Source: Candidatus Magasanikbacteria bacterium GW2011_GWC2_37_14 (GTDB lineage: Bacteria; Patescibacteriota; Patescibacteriia; Magasanikbacterales; UBA922). Taken from it: 64,000 bases of DNA. Location of the stretch: the NCBI GenBank assembly GCA_000990355.1, contig LBSX01000007.1, positions 441 to 64,440 on the forward strand, written 5' to 3'. Within the stretch, counting starts at the first letter, position 1; each line of letters starts with the position of its first letter. Position numbers and translations under genes: made by a program. Shown here one piece after another: positions 57,089-64,000 of this stretch. Under the pieces are notes generated by a model. That model had not been told where the DNA came from. It did not search any database and worked only from the letters and a program-made list of their open reading frames with translations.

Positions 57089-57229
57089 CTTGCGGACCCC
57101 CGTTTTCAAAAAACGTCCTGGTTTCGGCGGGGTTCAAAGCACCAGCCTCCTTTCAAATTTATTATATAAACAATTGATTTTTTATGCAATATCAGTTAAA
57201 ATCAATCTGTAAATCAGGATTATCAGTAA

Positions 57230-58450
<1,221 letters not shown>

Positions 58451-58451
58451 C

Positions 58452-58477
58452 TGTCATCCTGAACTTGTTTCAGGATC
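58452..58477. repeat. palindromic element, family GTCATCCTGAAC..TTCAGGATC (tgt-uppP spacer)
   Basis: ctgtcatcctgaacttgtttcaggatcc. Related copies: 61088-61114; 62832-62856 and 30958-30982 (gtcat(c/t)c(c/t)cgcgcaggcggg(g/a)atc); 56196-56254 and 61854-61892 are longer variants inside CDSs. Confidence 0.65.
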
Positions 58478-58487
58478 CCCAAAAAAT

Positions 58488-59288
58488 ATGACCATCCTAC
58501 ACTCAATCATTCTTGGCATTGTGGAAGGCATCACCGAATTTTTACCTATTTCTTCAACTGGGCATTTAATCCTCACTGCCAAACTTTTGCATTTACCCGA
58601 AACCAATTTTAATAAAAGCTTTGAAATCATTATTCAACTCGGAGCAATCTTAGCTGTTTTAGTAATTTACTGGAAAAAACTTTTTTTAAATAAAGAAACA
58701 TTCAAAAAAGTTGCTTTGGCTTTTATTCCCACAGCGATTATTGGTTTAACACTCTACAAAATTATCAAAAGTTATTTATTAGGTAGTACCACCGTCGTTC
58801 TCTGGTCACTATTAATTGGTGGTATTATTATCATTATTTTTGAAAAATTTTATTTACCCTGTACCGCTCTGGTACAAGGTCATGAAAATTCCGAAACAAA
58901 TCTTGCTTTGGAAAAAATTACTTACAAACAAGCATTGCTAATTGGACTATTCCAATCAATTGCTATTATTCCCGGCGTTTCGCGTTCTGCAGCTACAATT
59001 ATTGGTGGCTTATCACTTGGCCTAAACCGAAAAACAATTGTAGAATTTTCTTTTTTATTAGCCATCCCAACCATGGCTGCCGCCACTGGATTAGACTTAA
59101 TCAAAAATGCTTCTAGTTTTTCTAGCAGCGAATTTGGTATTTTGAGTATTGGTTTTGTTACTGCTTTCTTGGTCGCCATTCTCGCCGTTAACTGGTTTTT
59201 AAAATTTATTACCAAACATACTTTTATTACTTTTGGCATTTACCGGATTGCCATTGCAATTTTATTTTTTATTTTGTTTATTAAATAA
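58488..59288 (+). CDS. uppP: undecaprenyl-diphosphatase
   Basis: ILGIVEGITEFLPISSTGHLIL and PGVSRSAATIIGG motifs with 7-8 TM. Confidence 0.9.
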   Translation: MTILHSIILGIVEGITEFLPISSTGHLILTAKLLHLPETNFNKSFEIIIQLGAILAVLVIYWKKLFLNKETFKKVALAFIPTAIIGLTLYKIIKSYLLGSTTVVLWSLLIGGIIIIIFEKFYLPCTALVQGHENSETNLALEKITYKQALLIGLFQSIAIIPGVSRSAATIIGGLSLGLNRKTIVEFSFLLAIPTMAAATGLDLIKNASSFSSSEFGILSIGFVTAFLVAILAVNWFLKFITKHTFITFGIYRIAIAILFFILFIK

Positions 59289-59293
59289 AAAAT

Positions 59294-59770
59294 ATGAAAA
59301 TTACTCTACTTGTTATTGGCAAATTAAAAGAAGACTATTGGCGCCAAGCCGAAGCCGAATATTTAAAACGCTTGTCTGCTTTTGTTAAGCTAGAAATTAT
59401 TGAACTTAAAGAAGAAAGTTTTACAGAAAAAGATAATCCCGAAACAATCAAAACCAAAGAAGCCAAAAAACTTGAAGAACAATTAGCTAAAATAAAACCC
59501 GATTATTTAGTTGCTATGAACAGTACTGGCAAACAATTTTCTTCAATCAAACTCTCTGAGCAATTTAACAATGTGACAATTCAACAATGTAACAATGTAG
59601 TTTTTATCATCGGCGGTCCCCTTGGATTAGACAAAACTATTTTAGATCATGTCAATTTAATTTTAAGCCTTTCCAATCTGACCTTTACTCACCAAATGGC
59701 ACGCATAATTTTGGAAGAACAAATCTATCGCGCTTTCATGATTAAAGAAAATAGAAAGTATCATTATTAA
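59294..59770 (+). CDS. rlmH: 23S rRNA (pseudouridine1915-N3)-methyltransferase RlmH (SPOUT)
   Basis: MKITLLVIGKLKEDYW... and the C-terminal FTHQMARIILEEQIYRA motif. Confidence 0.85.
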   Translation: MKITLLVIGKLKEDYWRQAEAEYLKRLSAFVKLEIIELKEESFTEKDNPETIKTKEAKKLEEQLAKIKPDYLVAMNSTGKQFSSIKLSEQFNNVTIQQCNNVVFIIGGPLGLDKTILDHVNLILSLSNLTFTHQMARIILEEQIYRAFMIKENRKYHY

Positions 59771-59808
59771 ATAAATACCCCGGGCCAATCCCGGGGTATT
59801 TATTTAAG
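59771..59808. terminator. bidirectional terminator aaataccccgggccaatcccggggtattt
   Basis: Perfect 9-bp GC stem with A/T flanks between convergent genes. Confidence 0.7.
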
Positions 59809-60226
59809 CAAATTTTGAAAATTGTTTTCCTTTATAATTTCTATGCGGATCTGGATTTTTATGAGGGTCTCTCATTTCACCACTCCCCATACCTTGTCTA
59901 CTTGGTAAATTATTAACATCAATTTTTCTTCTAGGACCATTTTTATAATCACCTGGTAATCTGTCTCTTACAACAAGACCATCTGGTTCTACCAAATGAA
60001 CGGCTACCTCTTCGGTAGTTAAACCATGTCTATAAGTAGGCAATTCACTTTCTTTCAAATCCTCTAATGGATTTTTATCTTTTAACGAGGCCTTCTTTAA
60101 CCGTGCTTCTTCTATAGCTTTAGCGTTCATTGAAACTACTTCGGAACGTCTGGAAGAACCAAAATTGTTATATCTTTTTTTCTCATTGCCCCTAGGCCTC
60201 TGGGCCAAATGGACTTCTTGGAACAA
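59804..60226 (-). CDS. hypothetical protein (140 aa, charged)
   Basis: ORF with host-like composition. No motif recognised. Confidence 0.4.
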   Translation of the reverse strand: MFQEVHLAQRPRGNEKKRYNNFGSSRRSEVVSMNAKAIEEARLKKASLKDKNPLEDLKESELPTYRHGLTTEEVAVHLVEPDGLVVRDRLPGDYKNGPRRKIDVNNLPSRQGMGSGEMRDPHKNPDPHRNYKGKQFSKFA

Positions 60227-60345
60227 AACCTTCTTTACCCATATAATTTTAAAGTTAATAATTATATAAATATTTTAACATCTTATTAAAAACCTGCCAA
60301 CCCCCCTGTACAAAATACCTTTTATTCACTATAATCACTAATAAT

Positions 60346-61041
60346 TTGGCAATAACACTTTATAACTATTATATGCGCTCATACAAATATCTCGCCTTCA
60401 TCACCACTTTCTTTTCTGTAGTTCTAATTTTATCCAACATTGCCAGTAGCAAAATTCTTTCACTTGGTTGGTTTAGTTTTGATGGTGGCACAATTCTCTT
60501 TCCGCTCGCCTATATCTTTGGCGATGTGCTTACCGAAGTCTATGGTTATGCCAATTCCCGTCGAGTAATTTGGACTGGTTTTATTATGAATGTTTTAATG
60601 GTTTTAGTTTTTTGGATTGTTGGAATTTTACCACCTGCCATGGACTGGAGTAACCAAACTGCTTTTGATGCGATTCTTGGTGTGGTTCCACGCATTGTTC
60701 TTGGTAGTTTGTGTGCTTATTTAATTGGTGAATTTTTAAATAGTTATATCTTGGCAAAATTAAAAGTAAAAACTGCGGGTAAATATTTTTGGCTTCGCGC
60801 CCTTGGTTCTACATTGGTTGGAGAATTTTTTGATACTACGGTATTTTTATTAATTGCCTTTGCTGGTGTACTACCTTGGAATTTAATTTGGATTATTTGG
60901 CTTTCTAATTATATTTTTAAAGTTGGTATAGAAATTATTTTCTTACCGCTCACCTACCGTGTGGTCGCTTTCTTAAAGAAAAAAGAAAATGAAGATTATT
61001 TTGACAAAGATACTAATTTTAATCCACTGACATTGTCGTAA
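60346..61041 (+). CDS. queuosine-precursor transporter, YhhQ/Vut_1 (DUF165) family
   Basis: 6-TM protein with LFPLAYIFGDVLTEVYGY and GEFLDSxxF-like motifs. Confidence 0.75.
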   Translation: MAITLYNYYMRSYKYLAFITTFFSVVLILSNIASSKILSLGWFSFDGGTILFPLAYIFGDVLTEVYGYANSRRVIWTGFIMNVLMVLVFWIVGILPPAMDWSNQTAFDAILGVVPRIVLGSLCAYLIGEFLNSYILAKLKVKTAGKYFWLRALGSTLVGEFFDTTVFLLIAFAGVLPWNLIWIIWLSNYIFKVGIEIIFLPLTYRVVAFLKKKENEDYFDKDTNFNPLTLS

Positions 61042-61201
61042 TGTCGTCACTCACGTAGAGACGCATTGCAATGCGTCTCTACAATAGTTGTCATCCTGAA
61101 CTGGTTTCAGGATCTTTCATAAATTTAAGCATTTTAGTAAATCTGACTAACGGAAAGATACTGAAATAAATTCAGCATGACACACAAAACAAAAACCGGG
61201 T

Positions 61202-61492
61202 TTATGACCCGGTTTTTTTAAATATTGATTCTAATTTCGCTTTTGCTTGATCTGGAGTAGCTGTTACTTGTGCTTCTTTTTTCTTTTGAAATTCTCTTAA
61301 ATCATCTGCAACACTAACACTTGTTCTTAATTTTCCTTCTGTACCAACAACCGGTCGTGTTCTTTCTGCACCAGCTCTTCTCTTTACCACACCAGGTGCA
61401 ACTTGTTCTCCTAACACAGATCTTACTGGCACACCTCTTGTTGCTTCAACAGGTGGCATATGTTCACCTGGTCTACGTGGCATCCAAACCAT
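61202..61492 (-). CDS. hypothetical 96-aa basic protein
   Basis: ORF with moderately elevated G+C. No motif recognised. Weakly supported. Confidence 0.3.
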   Translation of the reverse strand: MVWMPRRPGEHMPPVEATRGVPVRSVLGEQVAPGVVKRRAGAERTRPVVGTEGKLRTSVSVADDLREFQKKKEAQVTATPDQAKAKLESIFKKTGS

Positions 61493-61591
61493 ATATTTTA
61501 AATTAATTGCCTGCCTGCCGATGAGGTAGGGCCTAAATTAGCCAATATTTATTTAAATACCTATATATTATAGCACAAAAATCGCCTTTTG

Positions 61592-62821
61592 TCAATAGAT
61601 AAACATCGCATCACCAAAACTAAAAAACCGATATTTTTCTTTTACTGCCTGCCTGTAACACTCCAACATAAACTCTTTACCACTGCCAGGAGCACTCTTG
61701 TCCGCTGTAGCTTCAGCGAAGGCGGAGACCAACATTAGTAAAGTTGACTTAGGTAAATGAAAATTTGTAATCATGGCATCCACTATTTTAAATTCAAATC
61801 CTGGTTTAATAAAAATATTTATATCACCATGATAGGGCCTAAGTGTCATTGCGAGCCCTGCTCGAGCAGGGCGTGACAATCCCCCAGTTTTATCTTTAAC
61901 CATTGGGATTGCTTCGTCGCCTATGTCGGCTCCTCGCAATGACAAACTCGCAATCCCTTCCAACGTCCTCACTGTTGTCGTACCAACCGCCACCACTCGC
62001 CGACCTTCGGCTTTGGCACGATTAATTTTTTCAGCATTTTCTTCACTAAGTTCAATCCATTCACTATGCATGGTATGGTCTTCCACTTTTTCTGATTTTA
62101 CTGGCAAAAAAGTTCCCAATCCCACATGCAAAGTTACTTCGGCAAATTCCACACCTTTATTTTTAAGTTTTTCAATTAAAGAATCAGTAAAATGAAAACC
62201 CGCAGTTGGTGCTGCCACTGAACCTTCGGGTTTTGCATAAACTGTTTGGTATGTTTCTAATTCATGTGGCTCATCTTTTACATAAGGTGGCACAGGAATG
62301 TGACCATATTTATTGGCTTTAGCTCGTACAATATCGGCGTTATCGGGAAATTGCACCAAAATTGTTCCATCATTTTCTTTAACCAAGGCATCACAATAAA
62401 AATCAGGAGTTTGCCCTGAGCTTGTCGAAGGGGCAAACACCACTCGCATCCCCTCTCGTAAATGTCGCCCTGGCTTAGCCAATACTTTCCACACTCCTTG
62501 ATTTTCCATTTCACGAATTAAAAAAATTTCTATTTCTTTTTTGTGTTCCAATAATTCTTGATTATTTTCTGCTTCCACTAATTTACCAAATAACCGAGCT
62601 TTAAAAACTTTGGAATTATTCCAAACCAACAAATCACCGGGTTTTAAATAATCTATAATATCATAAAAATGCTTGCCCTGAGCGGAATGAAATGAAGCCG
62701 AAGGGTTTTCTTTAATTTTTTTTCTATCAACAACAAACAAACGCGAACTATCGCGTGGCGCAAGTGGATACTGAGCAATTAATTCTAATGGGAGGTTGTA
62801 GTCAAAATCAGTTGTTAGCAT
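61592..62821 (-). CDS. queA: S-adenosylmethionine:tRNA ribosyltransferase-isomerase with two in-frame palindromic insertions
   Basis: MLTTDFDYNLPLELIAQYPL, VAVGTTTVRTLE and FMLECYRQAV. Inserts read APSTSSGQTP (at 62409-62437) and ...TGGLSRPARAGLAMTL... (at 61854-61892). Confidence 0.9.
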   Translation of the reverse strand: MLTTDFDYNLPLELIAQYPLAPRDSSRLFVVDRKKIKENPSASFHSAQGKHFYDIIDYLKPGDLLVWNNSKVFKARLFGKLVEAENNQELLEHKKEIEIFLIREMENQGVWKVLAKPGRHLREGMRVVFAPSTSSGQTPDFYCDALVKENDGTILVQFPDNADIVRAKANKYGHIPVPPYVKDEPHELETYQTVYAKPEGSVAAPTAGFHFTDSLIEKLKNKGVEFAEVTLHVGLGTFLPVKSEKVEDHTMHSEWIELSEENAEKINRAKAEGRRVVAVGTTTVRTLEGIASLSLRGADIGDEAIPMVKDKTGGLSRPARAGLAMTLRPYHGDINIFIKPGFEFKIVDAMITNFHLPKSTLLMLVSAFAEATADKSAPGSGKEFMLECYRQAVKEKYRFFSFGDAMFIY

Positions 62822-62865
62822 AAAATTTCACTGTCATCCTCGCGCAGGCGGGGATCCAGAAATAA

Positions 62866-63738
62866 TTATAAATGAATTTTATTAGTATTATGTTCTTCCA
62901 AAGTTTTAGCATAATGCACTGTTCCATCACTAGATGTAAGAAAATACCAATAACTATTTTTTGTTGGTTCAAGTGTGGCTTTAATTGAATCCAAGCCTGG
63001 ATTGCAAATGGGACTTGGAGGAAGACCGGGATATTTATAAGTATTCCATAAAGAATCTACCTGACGATCTTTGGCAGTGGTGTAAACATTACCCTCTTTG
63101 GCAACAACATAATGTACTGTGGAATCAGCTTGCAACGCCCAATTTTTCTCCAGTCTCCGCCAAAAAATATCAGCCACTAATTTTTTATCTTCTATATTTC
63201 TAACTTCTTTCTCCAAAATACTGGCCAGGATTAAAATCTCGTGTAAACTTTTTTTAGAAGCTTTTACTTTATTCAAAATATCTGGTGTTAATTGATCTTT
63301 TCTAATAAAATAAAATTTATCAATTACACTTACCAAATCACTATCTGCAAAAACTCTAACTGTTTCTGGAGCCAGGTAACCTTCCATACTCAAACCAAAT
63401 GGTTTCTGTCCAAGCAAATCATCCGATGGACCAAACGAAAAAATTTCTTCACTTACTTTATACTTTCTAGCTGGCTCACCAGTAATAGCATAAACATCTG
63501 CAGTACTACTCGCTAATTTTTTATCCACTAAATATTTTGCCACATCACGCAAATCCCAACCAGGGATAATTGTTAAAGTTACTTCTGCTCGCGGTGGTAA
63601 TGGAATATATTTGGGATGAAAATAACGATAACACTTATAACTTCCAAACAACAACAAAAACAAAGCTAAAATGCCAATTAATTTATACAACTGAAAATTT
63701 GAAATCTTGCCTATCGGCAGACAGGTTTTAATTTTCAT
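62866..63738 (-). CDS. mltG: endolytic murein transglycosylase MltG (YceG family)
   Basis: N-terminal TM and the YceG-like domain (TIIPGW..., ...LASILEKE...). Confidence 0.85.
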   Translation of the reverse strand: MKIKTCLPIGKISNFQLYKLIGILALFLLLFGSYKCYRYFHPKYIPLPPRAEVTLTIIPGWDLRDVAKYLVDKKLASSTADVYAITGEPARKYKVSEEIFSFGPSDDLLGQKPFGLSMEGYLAPETVRVFADSDLVSVIDKFYFIRKDQLTPDILNKVKASKKSLHEILILASILEKEVRNIEDKKLVADIFWRRLEKNWALQADSTVHYVVAKEGNVYTTAKDRQVDSLWNTYKYPGLPPSPICNPGLDSIKATLEPTKNSYWYFLTSSDGTVHYAKTLEEHNTNKIHL

Positions 63739-63751
63739 TAGAAATTAGTTA

Positions 63752-64000
63752 TTAGAAATTAAAAAATTGTTTATAGTTCTCTCTCGCCCACTCCAACCTC
63801 TCCGGCACACCCACATCTATCCAAATATCTTTAAATTCATAAACATACAAATTATTTACATTTGGAAAAACGTCATATTCAATACTAAATTCTTGGCTTT
63901 CTGGAAAATACTTTTTTATACTTGGATTAAAAATATAATAACCACCATTTTGATAACCTGGCTCATGAATACCAGTCTTTTCTTTAAAAGCCGTTAAGTG
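63752..64000 (-). CDS. sugar-phosphate nucleotidyltransferase, C-terminal 82 aa (N-terminus beyond the window)
   Basis: Manual translation ...GYYIFNPSIKKYF...IWIDVGVPERLEWARENY, typical of the G1P thymidylyl/uridylyl-transferase C-terminus. Confidence 0.55.
   Translation of the reverse strand, partial: HLTAFKEKTGIHEPGYQNGGYYIFNPSIKKYFPESQEFSIEYDVFPNVNNLYVYEFKDIWIDVGVPERLEWARENYKQFFNF

Noticed and set aside
6216-57130. The GC-rich islets as simple contamination or chimeric assembly
   Set aside because: Not fully excluded. However, every junction is continuous with host-like AT-rich promoters and terminators. The islets are small single-gene units interleaved with core genes, and host-family palindromes (for example at 6132-6168 and 15668-15688) lie at their edges. 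This is unlike a mis-joined contig. Read-level validation is still advised.

Overview
This 64 kb window is an AT-rich bacterial chromosome segment read by eye; nothing here was computed. The gene content and organisation look like a small-genome, Patescibacteria/CPR-like organism, which is inference. The recognisable genes are SMC, NrnA-like DHH phosphoesterase, ClpP, VanW, Hsp20, EngB, PEP synthase, pyruvate kinase, an ABC exporter, NrdR, FtsZ/FtsA, DgkA, YbeY, bS21, HisRS, signal peptidase I, GIY-YIG nuclease, Ndk, UvrD/PcrA helicase, C39-like peptidase, Tgt, UppP, RlmH, a YhhQ-type queuosine-precursor transporter, QueA and MltG. There are three intact tRNAs (Asp, Ile, Val) and one 3'-truncated tRNA. 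Almost all genes are on the minus strand. A large surface-protein locus (28.6-45.5 kb) holds a 3995-aa giant protein, a 723-aa paralog sharing its N-terminal two-helix membrane hairpin, and three small membrane-anchored paralogs with Ca-binding D-x-D-x-D-G repeats. Three features are not explained by ordinary annotation. (1) At least eight short G+C-rich coding islets (6.2-9.8 kb, 13.5-14.3 kb, 14.4-14.8 kb, 15.0-15.8 kb, 49.4-49.9 kb, 50.8-51.1 kb, 56.6-57.1 kb) sit in the AT-rich backbone. Each has a canonical GGAGG Shine-Dalgarno and hairpin terminators. Two of them encode secreted Cys-rich / thrombospondin-type-3-repeat proteins that share an identical ~40-nt 5' leader and the same upstream box-hairpin architecture. 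(2) Several families of short GC-rich palindromic elements occur in intergenic DNA and are also inserted in-frame inside housekeeping genes: the UvrD-like helicase at 5 or more sites, tgt, queA at 2 sites, and the C39 peptidase. This resembles Rickettsia palindromic elements. (3) Octanucleotide tandem repeats lie inside tgt and rlmH. Further observations are a PEP synthase fused in-frame to a lipoprotein-like module across an A7 run, a GIY-YIG gene abutting a tRNA cluster that contains a 3'-truncated tRNA, a tRNA-Asp with a duplicated 3'-end fragment and a GC-rich trailer, and two candidate small RNAs with consensus promoter/terminator signals. No CRISPR array, rRNA, or canonical transposase/integrase was seen.
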